Shown here: piece by piece, positions 53,378 through 64,000 of the stretch
Numbering within the stretch: position 1 is the first letter of the stretch
Layout of the letters: every line of letters begins with the position of its first letter
NCBI GenBank assembly: GCA_964016885.1
Contig: OZ024741.1
Coordinates: 54,312,001 to 54,376,000 of the forward strand
Length of the DNA stretch: 64,000 bases
Origin: Eledone cirrhosa
Taxonomy: Eukaryota
Direction: 5' to 3'
The notes under the pieces: generated by a model
Database searches by the model: none
What the model saw: the letters and a program-made list of their open reading frames with translations, nothing else
Told to the model about the DNA's origin: nothing
Translations under genes and position numbers: made by a program

Positions 53378-55050
53378 CAGTGTAGAATTTGGGCTCTCTC
53401 GTCTATAGTGTTAATCCAGAGTTCTGTGTCTAATACAGGTAGTCTATTGTTAGGGTGTTTGTAAGGGTAGTCGATAGTTACAGTTATACTCTGGTGTATG
53501 GAATTAGCTATCTGCTGGATGCTTTCCATTGTGCTACGTTCTAAATCAAACTTGTTAGTGCTCTCTTGTGGGGGTGTTCTTATTACTATATTGATATCGT
53601 CCACTCACACTATGCTAAACCCATGGCCTCCAAATACCTGATACTCAAAAACTCAGCAATGTCCAGTAGTGCTAAGTTTAATATTCTGATCGCAGACATG
53701 GTACGAGTGATGAAGAACGTGTCCCGCATGTGCGACCCAACAGAAATGGAAAGACACATCCAACACTTCATCAACCGCATGCAGTTCTCTGGCTACAACC
53801 AAAGAGACAGAATCAGAGTATACGAAGGAGCCACGGAGAAGTATAAGACCCTCATAGAACTGGAATTGAAAGGAATTTGCCCATTATACAGGAACAAATC
53901 ATGGAATAGCTTAGATAGGGCTAGACATAAGATAAGGAAAGCCACCTCATCGTACGACAACCAGAGATATCAGAGTGTCATGTTTGTGGATGCTACCCCT
54001 GGAGGGGAATTAGCTAACCAGTGTAGAAAGGCCCTGAGAAAGACCCACTTAAAGATTAAGGTGGTAGAAAAGCCAGGAACCACCATCAAATCCCTGATCA
54101 GCAAAACCTACCCTTTTAAGAAAACCCACTGTACTAATAGGAAATGTATCATATGTAAAGTAAACCCCCGGATAAACTGTAAAACTAGAAACATAGTCTA
54201 TAACATAAGATGTACAGAGGGTACTTGCAGAAACATGACAACAACATACATAGGCGAGACAGCTCATAGCATAGGTGAAAGGATAGACCAACACTGGGGC
54301 GAACTAAAAGGACGAAAAAATGGTTCAGTACTATACGAACATGCCAGACAACAACACGACGGTAAGATAGACAACATAGAAATTAGAATAATATCTAAAC
54401 ATAGAAATGACCCAGAAGATAGGCAAATCAGAGAGGCCAGTGAAATAGAACTTAGAAGGCCAAGGCTAAACAGAAAAAATGAATGGAATAACAACAACAC
54501 CCAAACAAACAACACTGACCTAAGAGAAGTATAAATGAATAAATAAATAAATAAATAGATAAATAAATAAATACATACACAAGCCCAATAATAACAAACA
54601 CATATAAACACACACTAGTAAAGATAGAATACATTAACCAATACACAGTCACCCAAACACGAACACACATCAAACAAAACACGATACACACACCGCAAAC
54701 GCATGCGCAAAGAAGACAAAAAAATAAACAAATGAATAAATATATAAAAAGACTAAATAAAGATGGCGTAGACATACAATGCAAAGGGAGGAAACAATAG
54801 CACCACTGACGATGTTGCAGATGTGCAACGAAAGAACTTTGATAGACTATATGTATGTGTTTGTGTCTATATTGTATCTGTATTTTTTACCGTTGGTCAG
54901 TCAATGGCAACATTGAGGACCGAATAAATTAAATTAACCGATATAAAAGACACAGAAGCGAAAAGCGAAAACCAACCAAACAGTGAGTGTGTTCTGTTAT
55001 TAATTCTGGCAATATTACACAAATATGACCCTCCCCAAGTATAACAATAT
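53378..55050 (+). mobile_element. PLE with inverted 5' RT segment, open thumb and GIY-YIG region, and 3' pLTR
   Basis: Minus 53378-53604: DDINIV..TIDYP..LPVLD. Plus 53601-54534: HYAKPMAS..RMQFSGY..CIIC..NIVYNIRC..YIGETAHSIGERIDQH..RQIREA..LNRKNEW. The pLTR ends in GACCCTCCCCAAGTATAACAA, as at 30253-30276. Confidence 0.92.
54801..54845 (+). ncRNA. Minimal HHR in the PLE 3' pLTR
   Basis: CA-CTGACGA-t-GTTGCA gatg TGCAAC-GAAA-GAAC-TT-TG. Stem II differs from 29522 by compensatory changes. Confidence 0.7.
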
Positions 55051-55114
55051 TTGTTTCGACACACGATTTCATATCAAAAACCTCGCAAAACTATATATAT
55101 ATATACATATATAA

Positions 55115-55170
<56 letters not shown>

Positions 55171-55175
<5 letters not shown>

Positions 55176-55355
55176 ATGACCACGACGGCAGAGCTCAAGG
55201 CGTTTCGACGGCTATCTTTGGACTGAAATAGCCGTCGAAACGGCTTGAGCTCTGCCGTCGGGGTCATACTTTTTCCTATTTCCCACTCTACTACCCTAAG
55301 TATTGAGTACTCTGGTGCGTTATGGTCCATCTGGTTCCTTACCACAATTCTTTTG
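55171..55355 (+). mobile_element. Palindromic short element, copy B
   Basis: AAAGTATGAC...GTCATACTTT hairpin at 55171-55272 plus the shared tail. Confidence 0.88.
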
Positions 55356-55460
55356 TTTTTTTTATATATATATATATATAGTAAAAAATGGAACGGGAAC
55401 AAAACAGAGAGGCAGTACGAACAAAGGTTTATTAGTTTCACGCTCTTGAGAGTGGGGGGG

Positions 55461-55497
55461 AGGGGACGTTTCGGGCATAAACCTTTCTTCAGGCGAA
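55461..55497 (-). ncRNA. Decayed minimal HHR
   Basis: Minus strand: CTGAAGA-AAGG tttatg CCC-GAAA-CG-TC. Stem I is lost. Confidence 0.5.
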
Positions 55498-55682
55498 AAG
55501 TGTGTGGGAAGAGAGTTCCAAGGGTGCGTAGGGGAGTGGGGGAGAGACATTTAGAAAAATGGGGGGAGAGGAAACGGTGGAAGGGGTACAAATGAAAATA
55601 AATATTAAAAAATAATAAAAATAAAAATAAACATGAAGAAAATATATATATACACACACGCATACGGGGTTATACTTTTTCC

Positions 55683-55707
<25 letters not shown>

Positions 55708-55713
<6 letters not shown>

Positions 55714-55929
55714 AAAAGTATGACCTTGACGGCAGAGCTCAAGCCGTTTCGACGGCTATTTCTGGACTCAAGTAAGAGTCAAGGACTCAAGGAGTCCAGA
55801 AATAGCTGTCGAAACGGCTTAAGCTCTGCCGTCGGGGTCATACTTTCTCCTATTACCCACTCTACTACCCTAAGTATTGAGTACTCTGGTGCGTTATGAT
55901 CCATCTGGTTCCTTACCACAACTCCTTCG

Positions 55930-55930
<1 letters not shown>
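55708..55930 (+). mobile_element. Palindromic short element, copy C
   Basis: Arms 55708-55769 and 55792-55853 plus the shared tail. Confidence 0.88.
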
Positions 55931-55984
<54 letters not shown>

Positions 55985-56088
55985 AAAATGATTTTTCTAA
56001 ATAAAAAAAAAGATGTCCTACACAGGTGAAAGTATAAGGAAAAGAAATCGAAAATGCAACTGAAGTTTTTTAAGAATATTTATTTATT

Positions 56089-56127
56089 TCCTTTACCGGT
56101 TTCATATTTCTTATGTTTTTCAAAAGT
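56089..56127 (-). ncRNA. HHR with U3-A8 core, diverged relative of 28399
   Basis: Minus strand: CTT-TTGAAAA-ACATA agaaa TAT-GAAA-CCGG-TA-AAGG. Confidence 0.55.
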
Positions 56128-56379
56128 ACAATTGAGATGGAAGGTTTGTGGTTTGTCTGGCATCTGGTTCTTGTTCGAATGTTCTTTCTGCTTTATGTGA
56201 AAAGAGTGGCCCGAATTGTTGTCGTTTTTTTTTTGTTTTTTTTTTATGTAATTTGGTTGTTTGATGACTGTCACGTGAATAAGTACAATAAATTTCGCGC
56301 CAGTTCGAGTTCCAAACTTCTTATTGCTTTAAGAAATGCGGCTCAAATTGTTGTTTTTTTTATGAGTGTAATTTGGTGT

Positions 56380-56790
56380 AAATATTTATTGCCATTTTAC
56401 AGAAGCATACAACATCATTCATGAGAACATCTCACTATTGAAACAAGACCCAAGAATGAAAAAAGCATTTGAAACACAAAATAATCAAAAGCAAAAGACA
56501 ACTTAAAAATCACTAAAAACATTACTCACCAATGCCAAATTACCCACAACAAACCCCAAACCATGTGGTCGCTTTAATTGCGGAAGTTGCACTCACCTCA
56601 TTGATGGCGCAATGTATACATTTCAATCAGGAGTTTTCTAAAAACAAACTACTAATTTTTCTATTTCAAAAATCAGGGTATCCTTATATTTTCCTTTTGT
56701 CGTTGAAGTTCCGAAGCTATATTCGTGATGTGTACAGCTTTCACGTTTGCAATCGGAATTATATATCACATTTGTCAGTAGAAGTTCGCT
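56380..56790 (+). pseudogene. Decayed PLE fragment with a zinc finger before GIY-YIG (Neptune-like)
   Basis: LKQDPRMKKAF, IKSKRQ and KPCGRFNCGSC. Confidence 0.55.
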
Positions 56791-57680
56791 GGATTACTGG
56801 TTTATGGTATTTTACTGAAAAAGGTTATTTCCTTTTAAAGTTCTTTCTCCTATATTGTTAGGTGTTAGGTTATGTTTTGGAGTAATGTGTTTTCTTTTTC
56901 TTTGACAAAAACATAACCCCTAACAATACACAGACTGTACTTCTAGGCTTGAATATTCAGATGGAAAATATCAGAAACATCACGTTTCGTTGCACCAAAT
57001 AAATGCTTGTATTTACATGGAAGCAGCAAATATCATCTCGAATAGAAAATCCCAGTGGCATCATTCCTACGCAAAGAAATCTACATAAAACCAAGTACTA
57101 CATACATATATATTCAAAATAAAACAAACGTTAATCAACATCGTATATACAAACGAATCAATAGACCAAGTAATAGAACAATATAACCACAAATGTAAAA
57201 CACCAAATAAATCAGACCCAACACATACAAAATAGAAACAAACCACGCACAAGTGTATTATATGCATCAGATTTACAATAACATATATACATATATACAC
57301 TTAATAGATTAGTGTAGAGTAGGTAAACACAATACCAAAAGCCCTCATGTAACAGGTTTCATTGTATCAAGCTTTAAAATTTCACGAATGTCATGCCGTG
57401 CCAGGAATCTATAATAACTCCTGTTGGATTCGTAAGGGCACCGTGGTGACATGACATGTTTAGGGCATTTAAACCAGGCGGAACCCTTGCTTCTCCAAGT
57501 TTGAACACAACCGATTCCTTCCAGAGAAAGGATGAAATTGAGACGGAGATATAGTGGGGTGAAAACCTGCATCAATACTAAACTGGTATTTTATTTATCA
57601 ACTTCGAAATGACGCTATTTTAACTAAAAGCGCATAAAGACGAAATATTCTATCGGACATTCTAAAGAATCTGACAATTC

Positions 57681-57857
57681 TAGACCAGTCAATCTCTAAA
57701 AACCTAAACAGAGACTACCACAAAAAAAGTGCCCCAAAACGAGGAGAAATGAGGCAAAATGGGGAGATTTTATATAATGAAAGCTATACCCATTTTTGCA
57801 AAAGAAGACATCTCTCACCCACCCGAAAGTTGGACGGAGATCTCCTCGTCGGACGTT
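57681..57857 (-). mobile_element. Truncated inverted copy of the MITE at 58362
   Basis: Reverse complement of 58381-58556. Confidence 0.75.
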
Positions 57858-58361
57858 CTAACGACTCTGACAATTCGCCGTCATAAACTATCACGAATAA
57901 TGTATTAAAAAACATATATATTGATTTTTCTTTTTGACTACAGGCTAGCAAATTTGAGTGAAGGGCAAAGTTGATTACAACGATCATTTTATTGACCTGG
58001 AAGGATAAATGTCAAATTAAACTTCGGCCGGATTTGAACTCAGAGCGCAGCATAACGCCGAAGCAAATATCCCGAATTATTCTATCTAAAGTTCTAACGA
58101 AAAGACAATGACGGCAGCTAGACACGCGTGGTACTGAGCAATTTGCAAGGGGGTTATCGAGTTAAATATAATTATATAGAAACGCTAATATAGCTAGTTA
58201 GGAACATACATAAAATCCTGCCCATATGTACATATATCTATACCGCGAAATATTGCGAATTATTCTATCCAACCTTCTATTGATTCTGCCAATTTGCTGC
58301 CATGAAACACCAAGAGTATTGTATTTCAAAAAGGCATTTATTTAATGAACAGATAGATTAC

Positions 58362-58556
58362 CAGACCTGTCAACTCTCCCCGTCCGACGAGGAGATTTCC
58401 CACCCACTCTTGGATGGGTGAGAGATGTCTTCTCTTGTGAAAATGGGTATAGCTTTCATTATGTAAAATCTCCCCATTTTACCTCATTTCTCCTCGATTT
58501 GGGACACTGTTTTTCATGATACACCCCGTTTGGGTATTTAGAGTTTGGCAGGTCTG
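58362..58556 (+). mobile_element. About 195-bp hAT-like MITE
   Basis: Termini CAGACCTGTCAA...TTGGCAGGTCTG. No clear target-site duplication remains. Confidence 0.7.
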
Positions 58557-58716
58557 GATCATATCAATAAATATCACATTCAAGATTATTCGTACAGTTA
58601 CCAACTAATTCTGCTTCTACTAGAACCAACACCACCGCTCCTGCAATCAGCACTAACACCAACACCACCGCCGCCGCCGCCACCACCACCACCACCAACA
58701 TCATCATCATCACACC

Positions 58717-58792
<76 letters not shown>

Positions 58793-58937
58793 CCATCATC
58801 ACCATCATCATTATCATCATCATCATCATCATCATCATCATCTCCCACCATCATCATCACACCTAATTCTATGACGACAACGATTATCGTTACCACAATC
58901 GCCACCGCTGCTGCTGTTGCTGCAGCTGCTGCTGGTG

Positions 58938-58989
<52 letters not shown>

Positions 58990-59260
58990 AGCTGCTGCTG
59001 CACCTGCCCCTGCGACTACTACTTATTTACAATGATTCGACGTTATTCAATATTGCTTAGAGCGTATGTTTTAAAGTCGATAAATATAAAGTAACTTCTA
59101 CATCTTAAGATGTCTAAAATATTTTTCTACGGGTTTCTTTTCCAGTAAACCGCCACCCAGCCCCACCCACACTCATTCTATGTCTCATTGTTGCATTAAC
59201 ACAGAGCAATCATTTAGGTCTTTCTTTCTTGTTTATACATACTTACACACACACACACAG

Positions 59261-59297
<37 letters not shown>

Positions 59298-59321
59298 CAC
59301 AATATATATATATATATATAC

Positions 59322-59385
<64 letters not shown>

Positions 59386-59739
59386 TAGATATGGCTTCCT
59401 CCCTGAAAGTCCTTTTATGTGCGTGTGTGTGTATCTTTATGTGTTTATGTGCCTGTATGTGCGTATCTTTATGTGTACATGTGTGGGTTTTTTCGTGTCA
59501 GACTTTAGTTTGCAACTGTTACTTCCCACACACACACCCGTACTCGAACACTATCACAGGCACATACACGTCCACCACACAGGTATATGAGGTGGATGGT
59601 ATATTTCTACAATACCAGTCATTACTCCCCGTACAGCGAGTACACATAAAATACTAAATCAAGGAAAGGTCAAAGAAGTGGATAAGTCCGACGCATACCT
59701 ACTAAATATTAACAAGATTAAAATGTCTTAAGTCATGTA

Positions 59740-59890
59740 ATTGTTTCTACTTTTGGCCAGCAAATACCCCAGTGCATAACTGGTGCTTTATTTTATCGAC
59801 CCAGTAACGATGAAAGGCAAAATTAACCTCAGGGGGATTGGAACTCAGAACGCAAAGGGCCATAACTTTATGCTGCAAAACATGGTGTCT
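59740..59890 (-). mobile_element. tRNA-derived SINE
   Basis: Reverse complement of the family. Confidence 0.75.
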
Positions 59891-60027
59891 AACAAAAGTG
59901 TTTCTCACATGACATCGACGACATTAAAACATCAGATAATGCTCCATTATTCTGACCAAATCAGAAACGTATAGCATGGGGACAGAATCGTCTATGATCA
60001 GTTACTTATAGCCTTACCAGTAATTAC

Positions 60028-60605
60028 ATGAAAGCCAAGCTAAATACACACGACAGCATATTATGTGTAAAGATGACTGACCTAAACGGATCCGTCGACG
60101 TGAGCATGAACCCGCTTGACGGAGTGGACGTATGCGATTTGGTTGGACTATATATATTGAATACACTAGGTTCCCTGTATCTATCCGTGCACGTCGGTCT
60201 ATATAAAAATGACGCTCTTGCAGTAACTTGCAATAGACATGGACACACATTAGATAGATTAAAGAAGGGTATTATACAAACTTCAACATCGTTTGGCTTA
60301 AACACAGATACTAATCTATTCCCTGTCAACTTCCAGGAGATAACACTAGATATACAGAATAGCCAATACAGATCATATAGAAGGCAAAATGATAGATTGT
60401 CCTACATAAACGTAGGATCCTGTCAGCCCCAATAGTATTTTGAAAATGTTGACAGAAGAATTTACAACCTCATGTATTAAAAAGGTTTTTGACTAAGTAG
60501 CCCCACCTACAACGTTAGAGGCAAGTGGGTATATTGATGAAATTAGTAATAGCCCTAGCAAAGCCGCTAAAGACCAGAGACCGAAAAACAATCTGGTTTG
60601 TGAAC
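60028..60605 (+). pseudogene. Decayed PLE RT core
   Basis: VDVSMNPLDGVDVCDLVGLYIL (from FDVTMGSxDGAEVCELVGLYIL), GLYKNDAL (from GLYRDDGL), VNFQEITL and KTIWF. Confidence 0.8.
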
Positions 60606-61229
60606 TTTACATAATCTTTCGGCAGTACTGAGCACAGAGTGAGGGTGTTAATTTGTAAATTGAGGATGGAGGTACTGAATGTGCCATGTCACGATGTGTG
60701 CTGTCGGGTCTTATCGTTATCCTTATGTTGTTTTGGTTTGAACAGGAAGTGGTTTGTCGGGTTGGCGTATCACATCGGTCCGCCTATACAAGCTTGTTTA
60801 GCGACAGCATGCCTAGTATATCCTTGGGTTATAAGATGAGTTTTCAAGGGTTGTGCATGCATCCTGTGGTAGCAATGTGGTTGCGTGCTTTGATCAAGTT
60901 ATAAAGTTCGTAAGATCTGTAAAGTGAACCACCAGACATAGCGCGTGAATTTGAGAGGGCTCGGTTACACTGGCTTTATACCAGGTGACGCCCAATTGCA
61001 ATGGGCCGACTCCTCATTAAATGATCCCTCACAGTTATCCGCTTCTCTCTAATGTGAGCCAATTGGTGTAGGTGTGTTGTGTACCGAAGGGAGCAACTGA
61101 AAATATATTTTGACCCTCAATTTCGTTTAACAAAAATAATAATGCTTACGGAAGCAAGTTAAATTTTAACAGTTCGGTGGGAAAATGTTGTTCTGAGGGG
61201 TGTAAATGTGATATGATTGTGGATGAAAG

Positions 61230-61585
61230 GACATTTAGACATTACGTCACGGGTAAGGATTTTATAGTGGATAGCGGTTTGAAGCTTGACTACAAGTCTA
61301 GATATGTCATATACGACATTCAGTGTGGTAGGTCAGTTTGTAATATTTAGGACAGACGGCTCAGTCATTACACTGGTTACTCAATGGGCATAGACATACA
61401 TTTTATTCGGACAAATACGTATATTTATATGAACATGTTAGGCGGCATATGGAGGGTTTCAGTCATGGTAGGGTCCAGATCATTGAGCAAGCTGGGGCGG
61501 AAGGACCTATGCCCAAACAGGAATTATACTGGATAAATGTCATGTGCAGTGTTAACCCGCTAGGGTTGAATGATAGAATAGCGGG
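61230..61585 (+). pseudogene. Decayed Neptune-like GIY-YIG domain
   Basis: SRYVIYDIQC..YLGQTAQSL..NGHR..QELYWINVMCSVNPLGLND. 61254-61380 is inverted at 61915-62042. Confidence 0.75.
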
Positions 61586-62483
61586 CTCTGGTATAATATC
61601 TAAGAAGGAAGGTAAGGATAGCGACACCCGTTTTCTCAGTCTGTGCTAAAAAGTAAAAATACCACGGTAACAGAAATTTCAGAAAAATAAGGAGAAGGGA
61701 ATATGATACAGAAAATGGGTGGAAGAAACTGGTCGAACTTTATAGATTGCGGAGTTTTTACCAATGTTTTGTGTTGCTTAAACCATGTTCGAAGTACAAA
61801 CTAACGAATTTGATGAGAAGTTGCGAAGAAAGAGTATTCGAGGTTAGTTTTCTGATAGTTAGTTTCTACAGCAGATTACTTAAGGATGGAATGGATAAGG
61901 ATAGAAAGGTTAAAGTAACCAGTGTAATGACTGAGCCGTCTGTCCTACATATTACAAACTGACCTACCACACTGAATGGCGTATATGACATATCTAGTCT
62001 TGTAGTCAAGCTTCAAACCGCTATCCACTATAAAACCCTTACGATAGAAAATCCATTCGATAGAAAACACTACATAGGTTGGGTTTGAATTCGATTTTTT
62101 AGCAATAGGAATGTACAAGGATGACTACCGATTAGATGATGGACAGTAGGAGTTGCGTCAGCCAAATTATACGTTACGGTAGGATAAGTAGCAAGATGAA
62201 TGTTTTTACGGAGAAATGACAAAAAACTCCGATACGGCATATCTGTCGGTGCCTTGGTGTTGAAAGGGGGATTCTAATAAAATTCTGCGTTATTTCAATT
62301 TTACAAATAAATTACACCGGCGTAGCATATACCCATCCCAGAATAGGTTGACGAGCGATGCAATTATAACATCAGATTCTATCGGGAAACTCCGAGTACG
62401 TTGGAAGGTATATATCAGTTTTCCATGCGTTTTATATAATCTAATATATATATATATATATGTGTGTGTATGTGTGTGTATGA

Positions 62484-62556
<73 letters not shown>

Positions 62557-62939
62557 CCCTATTTTACATTGAGTTTGTAGAAGTTTAGCGTATTTAAGGA
62601 GAAGTCTAAGGAAATCTGGGATTAATTCAACCTTTCAATAGAAAAGTGTATGGCTATGAAATTAATTCTATTAACATTGAGGTCTAAACAAATTTATCAT
62701 ATTTGCTTTGAAAGAGTAAATATAAATGGATGTATAATTTGGGTTACATCAGGTTTTAGAAATTTAGCTTATTCACGTTGAAGTACTAATTTAAAGGGAC
62801 ATTGTTGCTGCCAATATTTGGCCGATATTTGACCTACTTAGAAGAAATTTAGCATTTTTATTTTGAAGAAATAAATTTTAATGCGATTCTTTTTACTGAT
62901 TTTGGCAGATATTTGACCAAAATGACCTGAGTGAAAATA

Positions 62940-63008
62940 GTTGTTTCTACTATTGGCACAAGGCCAGCAATCACCCCAGTGCATTACTGGTACTTTATTT
63001 TATCGACC
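62940..63008 (-). mobile_element. SINE 3' fragment
   Basis: TTGTTTCTAC..GGCACAAGGCCAGC..TTATCGACC. Confidence 0.75.
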
Positions 63009-63152
63009 GCCGATTCGGTTTGCGGAATTTAGGGGATGGGTCGTGGGACGGTTTAGCAGGATTCATGAGTCCAAGATGGCGTTCCGTTTAGGGTGTTTTC
63101 TAAGTATTTGTAGACTGATTGGAACAATAACGTTCTTATTTACATTTATATA

Positions 63153-63266
<114 letters not shown>

Positions 63267-63493
63267 TAAAATAACAGATTAAACATTAATAAATATTTGC
63301 TCTACGGTTTTTATATATATTTATATATATATAATCCTTATTGAGCCCTCTTCGGATTTAGTCTTCACATTTTTCTTTTCTTAATAAATTCACCCCCAGG
63401 AACGTGGCCGCTCAAAATTAAACTCAAGAGAAAGAGACTATATACACACACACACACAGATACATACATACATCATATATACATACATAATTT

Positions 63494-63580
<87 letters not shown>

Positions 63581-63671
63581 GCATAATACATACATAATAC
63601 ATACATACATAAATCATACATACATATACACATAGTAACATAAATCATATATACATACATGCATGCATAAT

Positions 63672-63721
<50 letters not shown>

Positions 63722-63775
63722 ATTGCATACATATTTACATACATGCATAATACATACATAATACGTACATATATA

Positions 63776-63809
<34 letters not shown>

Positions 63810-64000
63810 CGTACATACATATAAACGTACATGCATACATATATACGTACATACATACATACACACGCACACATACATACATACATGCATACATATATAC
63901 ATACATTCATAAGTACATACATACATATGCAACGAATTTGAAGTGTGGGCATCGCAGCTAAAAATCCTATATAAAATTAACAGAATGGAATGTTGATTCA

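Noticed and set aside
57681-58556. One large foldback element
   Set aside because: The right arm has its own terminal inverted repeats, so these are two opposed MITE copies.

Overview
This is AT-rich, repeat-saturated eukaryotic DNA. The SINE and microsatellite content points to an octopus or other cephalopod intergenic or intronic region (inference). I found no confident host gene, and most ORF-track entries are microsatellite translations. Identifiable elements are an L1/Tx1-type LINE running off the left edge, two CR1-type LINEs joined head-to-head, and a decayed RNase H-bearing I/Tad1-like LINE. There are also RTE and R4-like fragments, many tRNA-derived SINEs, a deleted mariner, hAT-like MITEs and two 39-bp minisatellites. 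Penelope-like element (PLE) relics with RT or GIY-YIG domains are numerous. The main hidden layer is about 20 type-I hammerhead ribozyme (HHR) motifs, intact or decayed, found by eye. They sit in PLE terminal repeats between (TA)n tracts. Most lie in foldback cassettes of one polarity: antisense HHR on the left arm, sense HHR on the right. One is a 466-nt tandem retrozyme-like unit, several use a U3-A8 core variant, and one family folds back exactly at ribozyme stem II. Coordinates were read by eye and may be off by a few bases.
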